The position numbers and the translations under genes are program-made. From contig OZ024740.1 in NCBI GenBank assembly GCA_964016885.1, forward strand, positions 104,532,001 through 104,596,000: DNA of 64,000 nt. The letters run 5' to 3'. Source of the stretch: Eledone cirrhosa (Eukaryota). Below the pieces are notes generated by a model. It saw only the letters and a list, made by a program, of their open reading frames with translations. It was not told where the DNA came from and did not search any database. This document shows, piece by piece, positions 23,817-36,979 of the stretch (positions within the stretch are counted from its first letter, which is position 1; each line of letters starts with the position of its first letter).

Positions 23817-23926
23817 TACTAATAATAAATATTTGCTCTATGGGTTTATATATATATTTATATATATATATATACACAATCTTTATTGAGCCCTCTTCAG
23901 ATTTTGGTCTTCGTGTTTATTATTAT

Positions 23927-23959
<33 letters not shown>

Positions 23960-23962
<3 letters not shown>

Positions 23963-24967
23963 TCAGAACTGGATGGAAAAAGTTCAGAGAGCTTATACCA
24001 CTATTAGCCACTAAAGGGTTCTCCCTAAAAATGAAAGGCAGATTGTATGATGCCTGCATACGAACAGCAATGTTGCATGGCAGTGAGACCTGGGCATTGT
24101 GTGCAGAGGATATACGCAGACTAGAGAGGAAGGAAGCTTGCATGCTCCGCTGGATGTGTAATAGTAACATACGTGAACGGCAAAGCATAAGTGAACTAAG
24201 GAAAAAATTAGAAATAAGAGGGATCAGATGTTGTTTACTCGAGAGAAGGCTACGTTGGTATGGTCACGTGATGCGCATGAAAGACGACAGCTGTATAACA
24301 AAGTGCAGTGAAATAAAGATAGACGGTAGCTACGGAGTAGGCAGACCCAGAAAAACCTGGGACGAGCTGATAAATTCCGACCTCACACACTTACACCTCT
24401 CCAAGACAATGTCACTGGACCGAGACCTTTGGCGGTACTCAGTAATAGAGAAGACCCGCCTTACCTAAATACAAAGTAAAACCTACTACAGTCAGTAGGC
24501 ATCTCTAACAAAATACACCCCCGTCCCACCACCCCCACCCCATCCACACCGCCCCTTTCAATGTAAAGTTATGTTGGTGCCACAACATCCAGGCCGAAAC
24601 AAATGAGATCGTGTAGGTGTCACGACAAAAAAACACACAGTCCACGCTGTAATGTGGCCGTGTAGGCAACACGGTAAAAACCTCCCAGCCCCACACTGTA
24701 AATATGGTTGGTGTTAGGAAGGGCATCCAGCTGTAAAAAACCCGCCAGACAGTCCACGCTGTAATGTGGCCGTGTAGGCAACACGGTAAAAACCTCCCAG
24801 CCCCACACTGTAAATGTGGTTGGTGTTAGGAAGGGCATTCAGCTGTAGAAAACCCGCCAGACAGTCCTATGCGAGCAAGACAACCACTCTTGCCTCAAGT
24901 GGGAAAACTCCCATCCAAACCCATGCAAGCGTGGAACACGGATGTTAAACGATGATGATGATGATGA
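23960..24967 (+). mobile_element. 5'-truncated RTE (family A)
   Basis: ORF 24031-24468; two 3'UTR units; (GAT)n tail. Confidence 0.95.
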
Positions 24968-24990
24968 CACATACAGAGAGAGAGAGATAT

Positions 24991-25061
<71 letters not shown>

Positions 25062-25329
25062 AAGAGAGAGAGAGAGATGGAAGTGCTTTATGTAAAATCA
25101 TACGGATGCAATCTATAGTAACCTCGATTAGGTTGAGTAAATAGGATTTGTACTGGAACATATTTAGTTCATAGGTTATATGTTCAACTGCAATGCAATT
25201 ATATCTTACTGTTTAAGAGTCAAATATTTGATTTTACATTACTTCAGTTCACTTAGTTGTAAGGAGTAGGTACCATTTCCATATATATTTTTATGTTTAT
25301 TAAAGTGACATGTTTATTTTTTCAAATAT

Positions 25330-25935
25330 TCACATATTTATTCATATACATCTATATTTTTAGGTGAGATACTTTTTTAAAAATATAATTACACATTTAT
25401 TTTTACATATATCTGAATAAAATATATTTTTTTACATAAACCTAGGTGAGATATTTATTTTTTTATATATCTGGGTAAAATATACATTTTTACATATATC
25501 TGGGTAAAATATTAAATTTTTACATATACCTAGGTGAGATATTTATTTTTTCATATATCTGAATAAAATATATGTTTTACATATATTTACATATCTATAT
25601 TTACATATATCTGGGTAAAATATATTTTTTTACACATATCTGGGTAATATATATATTTTTACACATATCTGGGTAATATATATATTTTTACATATATATG
25701 TGTAAAATATATATTATTATATATTTATTTTTGTATGTCATATTTATTTTTTACATATATCTAGTTGAGATATTTATTTTTATCTGGGTAAATTATAAAT
25801 TTATTTTTATATATATCTGGGTAAAATATATATTTTTTACATATATTTACATATTTATTTTTACATGTATCTAGGTAAAATATATTGATGTATTTATCTT
25901 TACATATATCTAGGTGAGATAGTTATTTTTACATA
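25330..25935. repeat. Degenerate AT-rich tandem repeat (~30-bp unit)
   Basis: Repeats of TTTTACATATATCTGGGTAAAATATA and CTAGGTGAGATATTTATT. Confidence 0.8.
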
Positions 25936-26505
25936 CAAACTTCAAAGCCGTCATGCAGTTTTCCAGAATGAAATGACCTCATGGTATCCATGACAACACA
26001 CACTTTACTACAACAACAGACTGATGACAATCCTAAGTAAATCTTCAAAACTGAAATTATAACAAGCTACTTGTGATATTGATTACACCTATTAACCCTT
26101 TTGATACCAAACTGCTTGAAACTGCCCTGGATTTATGATACAAAAATGATCATTTATAAATGTTTATCTTTATATTAAAATCTATCATAATTTTATTTTA
26201 GAAATATTTAAGTAATGTTCTAAATAAACCAAAATAAGCTCTAGTTTGCCAAATCTGTGGGCTTGGAAAAACTATATTTAACAAGACTGACCTCTCAGTC
26301 TCACTCACACACAAATACTGACTTTTGTAAACCCAACCAATGACTTCCCTATGCTTAGTTAGCAACCCTAAAGAACTATACACAGTAGTAATATGGCACT
26401 AACTCTAACAACACCTCCTCTAACAAAATGTAGGAGCTTCTACATAGTTATTTAACCTGTCAGAAAAAGCAGACAAATCGCACAAATCACACCCTGCTAT
26501 CTTAA

Positions 26506-26712
26506 CCCTTTAGCATTTACATTACTCTCTATATGCTACTGTATTTTCAAGGTAAAGGCTTTATCTCACATAATATTTCACATCTATGAGATTTTGATAT
26601 TTCTTTTGAGAACAATACTTTAACATCAGTATGAGTGGCCAGTTACAGCCAGTTTGAACAGAAAGAGGTGAGAGAATTCTGGCCAGATACAGCTGGTTTA
26701 AATGTTAAAGGG
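26506..26712. mobile_element. piggyBac-like MITE
   Basis: TTAA|CCCTTTAGCATTTA...TAAATGTTAAAGGG|TTAA. Confidence 0.8.
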
Positions 26713-26993
26713 TTAAGGCAGAAAGAATACATTACATAATGTACTCCTTGATACACTATATCTGAATAAAATATTTAATATTCATGGCTGGAAAATCATT
26801 AACCTATTTGTTACAATATTTTTAATGAAAGACACTGTCTATAATTTTCAAATGATTTTGAAAATAATAAAGAACTTGGAAGAATTTAGTAATATATCTA
26901 ACTTTTCTCATTATTAGGCTAGTGTTTAGAGCATAATTTACCAAAGTTTCTAACATAGAATTATGGTGGAAGGTTTTTAGATAAATATAAACA

Positions 26994-29900
26994 GCTGCTC
27001 TCACACTCACCCTCACTCCTTGCCAACCAAACATAAATAAGCCTTGTTACAGGGGACTAAACCCAGAATTTGTCTCCTATTATTGATGGTCGCTTGTTCA
27101 GTTTTCTTCTACGAAATGTAACGTAAATATTTCATTTTCTTCTCAACTCTCCACATTCGGTTCATTCATCTATATATCTTACAATCCCCCAGAATCAAAA
27201 AATCGTATTCAAAATTGGCTTTCTATAATTCTGTTCTGTCTCACCGTTGTTCTAAAAATAATTCTGCTCCTCGCAAACTACCCCATACCCCTCCCTCCCG
27301 CCCCCACTCTCCACATTATTTGGACCAATCACAGGTAAACGACCTATGCTAGCACTTCTGGTTGCTTTTTCGATATGATGGATGAACTAGGGAATTTCTG
27401 GAGAGTCAGAAGAATATGGACACCCGAAGACAATGCAAAAGATAACGACAAATTCACCTCATGCTGCCGGACGAAAGGGCAAAGCCCCACCCTCTTTGTT
27501 GCGGCCGCGGATGGCCAACATAACCCCAACCCCATCAACCTCACCCCTCCCTGCACCTCACCCACCAAACGCAATCCAAAACTTCAGAGTTGGTACCATG
27601 AATGTAGGGACCTTAAAAGGCCGCTCAAACGAGGTTGTAGAAATGCTTGAACGTAAGGAGGTCGATGTTTGTTGTATTCAAGAGACAAGGTGGAGGGGAG
27701 GGTCTGCTAGATTCACTGTGGGTAAAAAACGATGCTATAAGCTTTTTTGGGTGAGAAATGACAATGGGCTGGGTGGGGTAGGAATCATGTTAGCAGAAAA
27801 ATGGGTGGATAAGATAGACGTAAATAGAGTAAACGACAGAATAATTAAAATAAGACTTGTTCTAAATAGAACTACTGTGACGATAATATCTGCGTACGCG
27901 CCCCAATCCGGACTGCCTGGCGCTATAAAAGACACTTTCTATGAAACACTGATGCTCACTACCTCCCAAATAACCGACAGTGACTATATAATTATTGCTG
28001 GCGACCTAAATGGTCACGTTGGACAACATTGTGATGGCTATGGTGAAATCCATCGAGGCTATGGGTTTGGTACTAGAAATGAGGAAGGCTCCAGAATCCT
28101 GGAATTCTGTGACGCAAATAACCTAACAATCTGTAACACTAACTTCAAAAAACGAGACAATCACTTGATCACCTACGGATCAGGGGAACATACCAGCCAG
28201 GTAGATTATATCCTTACCAGAAGACGTGACAGAGTGACTGTTGTAAATACTAAATCCCTCCCCCATGAAGAATGCACCTCCCCACATAGACTGATAATTA
28301 GCGACCTCATAGTCAGGACGAGACATACTCGACAGCAGAAGAGGACTATCCTCAGGAGAAAAATATGGAAGCTAAAGGACCCCACAGCCAGAAATAAATT
28401 TCAAAGCATATTACTTGATGCTTTCGACAGTAAGGAAGAGCATTTAGAGTCGGACAATATAGAGGGACAGTGGGAATTCCTGAAAGCAAACCTGCTGATG
28501 GCAGCAGACGAAGTCTGTGGCCAGAGCAGGCCTATAGGCAGGAGGAGAGTAACATGGTGGTGGAACAGTAAGGTGGAGGAGTCAATTAAGGCCAAAAAGC
28601 AGGCTTGGAAAGTATGGCGGGATGGGGGAAGTAGAGAAGACTATCAAGTGGCCAGGAGGGAAGCTAGGAGACAAGTGTACTTCGCAAGAAGGGAAGCAGA
28701 GGAAAGAAAGTTCAAGCATGTTCTACAACGCGAGGACCAAAAACGTGAGGTGTTCAGGATTGCTAGGCAATGTGTCAAGGAAAACCATGATATTGTTGGG
28801 GAGAAGTGTGTACTAAATGATGATGGCGTACTTGCCATCACTGACGCTGATAAGAAGGTCGCTTGGAAGTGTCACTACGAGAGGCTACTAAATGAGGAGA
28901 ATAAATGGGAGAAGGATAGTCTCCCCCAGATCGATCCAATAGAGGGACCAGCAGTGTTAGTTGAAGGTAGTATAATAAGTAAGGCAATCAAAGATATGAA
29001 GACGGGTAAGGCGGCTGGGCCTTCGGAAATAGTTGCTGAGATGCTGAAGGCCTCTGGAACGGTGGGACACACCATGGTCACCCGGATAGTAAACCAAGTC
29101 ATACAGAATGGGGTTGTTCCAAAGGACTGGCGTAGCAGCATCATCATTAACTGTTATAAGGGTAAAGGAGACGCTCTAGATAGGAGTAACTATAGAGGCA
29201 TTAAATTAATCGACCAGATCATGAAGGTCACGGAAAAAGTAATAGTGCAACTAATCAGAGAGAGAATCGATCTAGATGAAATGCAGTTCGGGTTTGTGTC
29301 AGGCAAAAGTACCACAGACGCTCTTTTCATTGTACGACAACTACAGGAGAAGTACCTAGCTAAAAGTAAACCCCTATACTTAGCCTTTGTCGACTTGGAG
29401 AAAGCCTTCGACAGAGTCCCCCGTTCCATTATCTGGTGGGCTCTTAGAAAACTAGGTGTTGACGAATGGCTTGTGAGAGCTATACAAGCCATGTATAAAA
29501 AAACAGTCAGCAAGGTTAGAATTAACAACGAATATAGTGAAGAGTTTAGCGTAAAAGTTGGTGTCCATCAGGGCTCTGTTCTCAGCCCCCTACTATTTAT
29601 TATTGCCCTTCAGGCTATAACAGAGGAGTTCAAGACCGGCTGCCCATGGGAACTCATATACGCAGATGATCTAACGCTCATAGCTGAATCAATGGCCGAG
29701 CTAGAGAAGAAATTCCAAACATGGAAGCACGGCCTAGAATCAAAAGGCCTTAAAATTAACCTGGCTAAGACTAAAGTTCTAGTTTGTAGGAAAGAAAATA
29801 AGGCGGCGGTCCCTTCCGGGAAATGGCCATGCTCAGTGTGTAGGAAAGGCGTAGGTAGAAACTCCATTTTGTGTCCCAAATGCAAAGTATGGGTGCATAA

Positions 29901-31243
29901 AAGATGTAGTGGAATCATAGGTAAGCTAACTAAGAACACAGATTTTACATGTGGCCGGTGCTCTGGTGCAATAAGTAGCAGCAAGTGCCCACGAAATACT
30001 AGCTCTTTCAATTGTGCAGAGGGTTCTATAGAAACAGTGGACAGCTTCCGTTACCTGGGTGACAAAATCAGCAGTGGGGGAGGGTGCTCTGAAAGTACAG
30101 TAGCTAGAGTCAGAACTGGATGGAAAAAGTTCAGAGAGCTTATACTACTATTAGCCGCTAAAGGGTTCTCCCTAAAAATGAAAGGCAGGTTGTATGATGC
30201 CTGCATACGAACAGCAATGCTGCATGGCAGTGAGACCTGGGCATTGTGTGCAGAGGATATACGCAGACTAGAGAGGAACGAAGCTTGCATGCTCCGCTGG
30301 ATGTGTAATAGTAATATACGCGAACGGCAAAGCATAAACGAACTAAGGAAAAAATTAGAAATAAGAGGGATCAGATGTTGTTTACTCAAGAGAAGGCTAC
30401 GTTGGTATGGTCACGTGATGCGCATGAAAGACGACAGCTGTATAGCAAAGTGCAGGGCAATAAAGATAGACGGTAGCCACGGAGTAGGCAGACCCAGAAA
30501 AACCTGGGACGAGCTGATAAATTCCAACCTCACACACTTACACCTCTCCAAATGAAAGACGACAGCTGTATAGCAAAGTGCAGGGCAATAAAGATAGACG
30601 GTAGTCACGGAGTAGGCAGACCCAGAAAAACCTGGGACGAGCTGATAAATTCCGACCTCACACACTTACACCTCTCCAAGACAATGTCACTGGACCGAGA
30701 CCTTTGGCGGTACTCAGTAATAAAGAAGACCCGCCTTACCTAAATACAAAGTAAAACCTACTACAGTCAGTAGGCATCTGTAACAAAATACACCCCCGTC
30801 CCACCACCCCCACACCACCCCTTTCAATGTAAAGTTATGTTGGTGCCACAACATCCAGGCCGAAACAAATGAGATCGTGTAGGTGTCACGACAAAAAAAA
30901 ACAAAAAAACACACAGTCCACGCTGTAAATGTGGGCGTGTAGGTAACACGGTAAAAACCTCCCAGCCCCACACTGTAAATGTGGTTGGTGTTAGGAAGGG
31001 CATCCAGCTGTAGAAAACCCGCCAGACAGTCCACGCTGTAATGTGGCTTTGTAGGCAACACGGTAAAAACCTCCCAGCCCCACACTGTAAATGTCGTTGG
31101 TGTTAGGAAGGGCATCCAACTGTAGAAAACCCGCCAGACAGTCCTATGCGAGCAAGACAACCACTCTTGCCTCAAGTGGGAAAACTCCCGTCCAAACCCA
31201 TGCAAGTGTGGAACATGGACGTTAAACGATGATGATGATGAAG
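26994..31243 (+). mobile_element. Near full-length RTE LINE (family A)
   Basis: Single long ORF, 3'UTR repeats and (GAT)n tail. Boundaries inferred from the MITE it splits. Confidence 0.92.
27433..30555 (+). CDS. RTE APE endonuclease-reverse transcriptase polyprotein with internal PHD finger
   Basis: 1040 aa: GTMNVGTL, IQETRW, AYAPQ, GDLNGH, VDYIL (APE); NYRGIKL, QFGF, FVDLEKAFD, QGSVLSP, YADD (RT). C-terminus clipped by a 128-bp duplication. Confidence 0.95.
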   Translation: MQKITTNSPHAAGRKGKAPPSLLRPRMANITPTPSTSPLPAPHPPNAIQNFRVGTMNVGTLKGRSNEVVEMLERKEVDVCCIQETRWRGGSARFTVGKKRCYKLFWVRNDNGLGGVGIMLAEKWVDKIDVNRVNDRIIKIRLVLNRTTVTIISAYAPQSGLPGAIKDTFYETLMLTTSQITDSDYIIIAGDLNGHVGQHCDGYGEIHRGYGFGTRNEEGSRILEFCDANNLTICNTNFKKRDNHLITYGSGEHTSQVDYILTRRRDRVTVVNTKSLPHEECTSPHRLIISDLIVRTRHTRQQKRTILRRKIWKLKDPTARNKFQSILLDAFDSKEEHLESDNIEGQWEFLKANLLMAADEVCGQSRPIGRRRVTWWWNSKVEESIKAKKQAWKVWRDGGSREDYQVARREARRQVYFARREAEERKFKHVLQREDQKREVFRIARQCVKENHDIVGEKCVLNDDGVLAITDADKKVAWKCHYERLLNEENKWEKDSLPQIDPIEGPAVLVEGSIISKAIKDMKTGKAAGPSEIVAEMLKASGTVGHTMVTRIVNQVIQNGVVPKDWRSSIIINCYKGKGDALDRSNYRGIKLIDQIMKVTEKVIVQLIRERIDLDEMQFGFVSGKSTTDALFIVRQLQEKYLAKSKPLYLAFVDLEKAFDRVPRSIIWWALRKLGVDEWLVRAIQAMYKKTVSKVRINNEYSEEFSVKVGVHQGSVLSPLLFIIALQAITEEFKTGCPWELIYADDLTLIAESMAELEKKFQTWKHGLESKGLKINLAKTKVLVCRKENKAAVPSGKWPCSVCRKGVGRNSILCPKCKVWVHKRCSGIIGKLTKNTDFTCGRCSGAISSSKCPRNTSSFNCAEGSIETVDSFRYLGDKISSGGGCSESTVARVRTGWKKFRELILLLAAKGFSLKMKGRLYDACIRTAMLHGSETWALCAEDIRRLERNEACMLRWMCNSNIRERQSINELRKKLEIRGIRCCLLKRRLRWYGHVMRMKDDSCIAKCRAIKIDGSHGVGRPRKTWDELINSNLTHLHLSK

Positions 31244-31852
31244 ACTTCAAAATAAACAGTTTTGTATTATAAAACCAGAGGTAATTCCAAACAGTTTGGA
31301 TAAATCAAAATGTCTTTTAGATCAGGATTTACTTGGAGTTAAACAGCAATAACTACTGCTAATATATTGACACACAAAGGTTACAGTTTCATTCTCATCA
31401 TTGTTTAACATCTGCTTTCCCTGCTAACAAGAGTTGGATGGGTCTACAAATTCCAGTGCTGAGTTCCTGTCAGATGTACAGTTGTACTAAACATGCCAAA
31501 ACACTAACTCTTGTCTCCTAGACCACACAGATGTACAATATCCCAATCCATACTGTATTTCACTTCCAGATCATTTCCCTTAAAACTATATTTCTCCGGA
31601 ATACTCCAACTACCCATATTTTCTTTGCAAACATTGACCTACAGATAATCATAAATCAACCATATCAGTCTGGAAATGGCAGGCTTACAGAAGCAGTGTC
31701 TTCCTCCCTTTCTAGGTTCTATTTAACATTCAAATAATATATGAAGAGGAGAAAGATTAGGAACTGAAAGCAGAGGGTGTTTACATCACAGTTGAAGGAT
31801 AACAATTTACTTATAAAGAACAATATCAACAATTACGTCAAGAATACCACAA

Positions 31853-32075
31853 CCCTTTAGATATCAAACTGCATGAAACTGCCCTTGGTTCTATGATATT
31901 AAGCTGCATATTTTCGAGTGTTAATATTTATCTAAAAACCTCAAGTTATACTCGAAACACCTGCTTAATAATAAAGTTAGTTATTTCATTAAATTCCTTC
32001 AAATTATTGATTATTTTCAAAATGATTTAAAAGTCATAGGCAATAGATTTCTCCAGAAATATGGTGACAAAAAGG
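31853..32075. mobile_element. piggyBac-like MITE family 2
   Basis: CCCTTTAGATATCAAA...TGGTGACAAAAAGG|TTAA. Confidence 0.55.
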
Positions 32076-32479
32076 TTAACACCCACCATAACATTATAAC
32101 AACAATGTGAACAACAGTGACATTAGCATCACATGTGCAAATACAAAAATAATACAATCGCCACAACAGCAACAATAATATAATAACTACAACAACAATA
32201 ATACAACATTTATAACATCAACACAAACATTAACAATTAAGAAATACAAAATGCTAAGAATAGAAAAGTAGTTTGGTTTGCTAGTATAAATAGTAGCTAG
32301 CAATATGGATTGACTGGTTATATATAGCCTGGATCAGGTGCTCTGTTAACATGTAAGCCTGTAAACACCAGAGCAGCTATTAATATGCATCTATTTATAT
32401 ATCTTTGTATCGATCAATCTCCAAATATATCTATTGATCTAGACAGGATTTTATCCCTCATCCACATCTGTCTGTCTGC

Positions 32480-32830
32480 TTGTCTATCTATATCTATATA
32501 TATCTATATCTATATATATCTATATCTATATATATCTATATATATCTATATCTATATATATCTATATCTATATCTATATATATCTATCTATATCTATATC
32601 TATATATATCTATCTATATCTATATCTATCTATATCTATCTATATCTATCTATATCTATCTATATCTATCTATATCTATCTATATCTATATCTATCTATA
32701 TCTATCTATATCTATATCTATCTATATCTAGATATATCTATATCTAGATATATCTATCTATATCTAGATAGATCTATCTATATCTAGATAGATCTATATC
32801 TACATATCCATGATTATCTATATATCTATC
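32480..32830. repeat. (CTAT/CTATAT)n microsatellite
   Basis: Directly visible; the related degenerate array resumes at 34710-35030 after the RTE insertion. Confidence 0.95.
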
Positions 32831-33012
32831 TACCCATCTGTACATTCAGACACCTGTGTGTCTATCTGTTAATATATCTATCAGACACCTCTGTCTATCA
32901 ATCAATTTATCTATCTATCCAGACATCTGTATATCTATCCTGTCATCAGTTTGCCTGTCAATCTATCTATCTTTTTACCTATCTATATCTATCTATCCAG
33001 ACATCTGTGTGT

Positions 33013-34710
33013 CATCATCATCATCATCATCACCGTTTTACGTCCGTTCTTCCACGCTAGCATGGGTTAGACGGGTTGTCCTATTGTGGGCAGTGTCTGG
33101 TCGGCTGACCATGCCTTGCTCATACAGGAACTGATTTGGCTTGATTTCTACAGCTGGATGCCCTTCCTAACACCAACCTCATTTACAGTGAGTGCTGGGT
33201 GCTTTTTCGTGGTGCCTACACGTCCACTTTACAGTGTGGGCTGGGTGCTTTTTTTGCCGTGGCACCTCCACGACCACCTTGCGATGGGGAGTGTGGGGGC
33301 ATATTGTCTATATGCTTCAGCTTGTACCCATGGGAGGTCGGGTACTCTGTATTACTGCGTGACGCCAGAGGTCACGGTCGTGTGTCATTGTCTTTGAGAG
33401 GTGTAATTGGGTAAGGTCCGCTTTTATCACCTCATCCCAGGTCATCTTGGGTCTCCCCACTCCGCGGTTTCCATCGACTTCTAGTGCTCTGCACCTTTTT
33501 ATGCAGCTGTCATCCTTCATACGCATCACATGTCCATACCAGCGCAGCCGCCTCTCCTGCACACAGCATTTGATTCCTCTTATGCTCAGTCTCTCTCTCA
33601 ATTCATTTATGCTTTGTCGTTCACGTATATTACTATTACACATCATTCGGAGCATGCAGGCTTCGTTTCTCTCTAATCTACCTAAGTCTTCCACCTTCAG
33701 CGCCCAGGTCTCACTACCATGCAACATCGCTGTCTGGATACACGCATCATACAGTCTGCCTTTCATTCTGAGGGAGAAGCCTTTTGCAGCTAGCAGTGGT
33801 AGTAGTTCCCTAAACTTCTTCCATCCCGTTCTTACCTTAGTTATTGTACTTTCTGAACACCCACCTCCGCTGCTAATTCGGTCACCTAGGTAGCAGAAGC
33901 TGTCTACTGTTTCTAAAGAGCCCTCCCAGAGATTGGTGGTACTTGTTTCCTGTGGCTGTTTGCTGCTTGCTGTCCCAGCATAGCTGTTGCATGTGAAGCC
34001 TACATTCTTAATTAAGCTTCCTGAGATCCCGCTACATCTCTTGTGTACCCATTGTTTGCATTTGGGGTAGAGAATGGAGTTCCTACCTACACCTTTCCTA
34101 CATACTGAGCAAGGCCATTTCCCTGAGGGGATCTGGGTTCTGTTTTCTCGTCTACTTACAAGGTCCTTAGTCTTTGTCATGTTGACTTTGAGACCCTTTC
34201 TTTCTAGTCCCTGCTTCCAAGTTTGGAATTTATTCTCTAGTTCTACCATAGATTCAGCTATAAGTGCGAGGTCATCAGCATACAGGAGTTCCCATGGGCA
34301 TCCGGTCTTAAACTCCAAATTCCTCCGTTATTGCCTGCAGGACTATGATGAACAGGAGGGGGCTAAGAACAGAGCCCTGGTGGACCCCAACCTGTACGCT
34401 AAATTCCTCGCTATACTCATTGCTAATCCTAACTTTGCTGACTGCTCCCCTATACATGGCTTGTACCGCTTTCACAAGCCATTCATCTACTCCTAGTTTT
34501 CTAAGAGCCCACCAGATTACAGCACGTGGAACTCTGTCAAAGGCTTTCTCAAGGTCGACAAATGCCAAGTAGAGTGGCTTACTTTTAGCTAGGTACTTTT
34601 CCTGTAAATGCCTCACAAGGAAGAGGGCATCAGTGGTGCCTCTTCCTGGTACAAACCCAAATTGCATCTCGTCTATTTTCACCCAGTCCCTAATCAACTG
34701 TGCTATAACT
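33013..34710 (-). mobile_element. 5'-truncated RTE (family B)
   Basis: ORFs 34308-34697 and 33317-34318; distinct 3'UTR; (CAT)n tail. Confidence 0.95.
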
Positions 34711-35164
34711 TGTGTGTCTATCTTTCAAACTATCCGTACATCTGTATGTCTATCTATCAATCTAGCCAGACATCTGTATATCTATCTATCAATCTATCCA
34801 GACATCTGTATCTATCTATCTATTCAGTCATCTGCATGTCTATCATCTATCTACCTATCCAGACATCTGTATGTCTATCAATCAATCTATCCAGACATCT
34901 GTATATCTATCTATCTATCCAATAGTCTGTCTATATATCTATCTATCTAGCCATCTGTATGTCTGTCAATCTATCTATATATCTAGACATCTGTCTTTCT
35001 ATCAATCTATCTAGGCATCTATCTAGACATCCCAGTCTCTAAAAGTCTACCCAGGTGTCTGTGTGTGTCTCCTAATGTCATTCAATAAGGCTATTTACAT
35101 AAATCTGTCTATTTATGTCTATCAAAGTATCTATATGCCTAATTATTTTGTCTATCTATATGCC

Positions 35165-36130
35165 TCGATGACAACAGCAAAATCTGAAATCATGCACAGT
35201 GTTCCAGCAATGTGCTGCTTGGTCAGTTTCAATTATCGGCACAGATATCAAGCTGCACCTATACAACACTATTGTTCTCCCAATAGCAAACTATGGTAGT
35301 GAGACCTGGAAAAGCATAACAAAAATCAACAAACAGCTGAATATATTACATCCAAAGTACCTCAGAAAGATGATGTAAACCACCTTGTATGACTGGATTA
35401 CAAAAGGAAAAACCTCAGGGAGAACAAAGTCATTACTGCTACAAGACAGAATTATAGCAAACGTTATTTAGCAGAAGATTCTTTAAAATATGATTTTTGG
35501 TTACGAGACGGATCTTCAATGAATATTAGGTTATAAGGCTGCATGTTTAGAGTTTCATGGCGAGGAAAGGATCAAATAGGTAAGCACAGCGAGGAAATAT
35601 AAAAAAAAGGTTTATTTCTCTCCGTAAAATATTACAATAGAATGTTAGGTGCCATTGTGGCATATATCTAGTTAGGATGTTGCTGGGCCCTTGCCGAGAG
35701 GGCCAAAGTTCCTTGGTAAATGTTTCATCTTGCCAGTTGCCCCAGGGAACGCCATTAGTAACATCTTGTCTCTACGAAAATGAAGCTGCAACTCTTTAGA
35801 AGTGAAAAGAAAGGCGCGAAGCAACTGCTGGGCAGAATTCGACATTCTACCGTGATATGGTAGTGCCATTGCTTGCTACAGTTCTATCTGGCTGGTCACA
35901 TTCTTCATCTACCCAATCACTGACACTGGAAAATGGCAATGAATTTGAACTCTGCCTGGAGACAAACAGAAAAAGAGCAGACCAAAGTTCACCAAGCAGC
36001 AGACATTTCAAGATCTTTTGAAGGCTGTCAACATCACCTGGAAAGCATGCGAAAGAGTAGCAGTAGATCGTCTGCATTGGAGGAAGCTTGCTCCCCAATG
36101 CTCTACCCAGTGAAAGAGGAGCTAAATAAT
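35165..36130 (+). mobile_element. Old RTE C-terminal remnant with an internal ~430-bp insertion
   Basis: IKLHLYNTIVLPIANYGSETW...(insertion)...LAGHIL...WRKL. Confidence 0.6.
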
Positions 36131-36196
36131 ATATTTCTACATACAGCCTTGTCTCTCAATATGTCTTTCTGCCTATACAGACATGTACTAGTTTCA

Positions 36197-36531
36197 TTCA
36201 TCATCATTTTTACGTCTGCTTTCCCTGCTTTCAAGGGTGGGACGGGAACTGATTCTGGCTTGATTTCTACAGCTGGATGCCCTTCCTAACACCAACCTCA
36301 TTTACAATGAGTGCTGGGTGCTTTTTTTTCCATGGCACCTCCACGACCACTTTGCAGTGGAATGATAGGGACTCCACTCCCTATCATCTCATTTTTACAG
36401 CTGAGTAAACTGGAGCAATGTGAAATAAAGTGTCTTGCTCAAGGAAACAACACATCACCCGGTCTGAGAATTGAACTCACAACCTTTCAATTGCAAGGCC
36501 AATGCTCTAACCACTAAGCCATGTGCCTCCA
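36197..36531 (-). mobile_element. tRNA-derived SINE, family 2 (RTE-B tail)
   Basis: Reverse complement of 42210-42527. Confidence 0.9.
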
Positions 36532-36979
36532 CCTGTATATTCAACTGACTATTTCTCTATCTTTTTACCAATACATACATCAGTCTGTACTTTTCTCACT
36601 CTACCTACATAGACATTTGCATGTCTATATCTCTGCCATACATCACCACCACAACACCACTACCACCACCATAACAAGAACACCATTACCTCCACAACAA
36701 TAACAACAGCACCACCACCACCACCAAAACAACAAAGCCACTACCACCACAATCCCATCATAACCACAACCCTACCACAACAACAACACAACCACCACAA
36801 CAATACCATCACCACAACAACACAACACCACCACTACAACAACAACCACAATGCCATCACCACAACAACAACAATGCCACCACCACCATTACAACATCAC
36901 CACAACAACAACACTGCCACCACAATACCATCATAACCACATCACCACCACCGCAACAACAAAACCACCACAACAACAA

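Noticed and set aside
26994-27200. HDV-like ribozyme at the RTE 5' end (also R4 5' end near 51272)
   Set aside because: Could not build the nested double pseudoknot by eye; a descriptor search is needed.
27375-27650. Separate ORF1 for the RTE
   Set aside because: 91-aa overlapping frame with no recognisable motif; RTEs usually have one ORF.
32385-32747. ORFs of IYIY/HTHT type (also 50288-50875, 63681-63983, 21514-21771)
   Set aside because: Translations of microsatellites.
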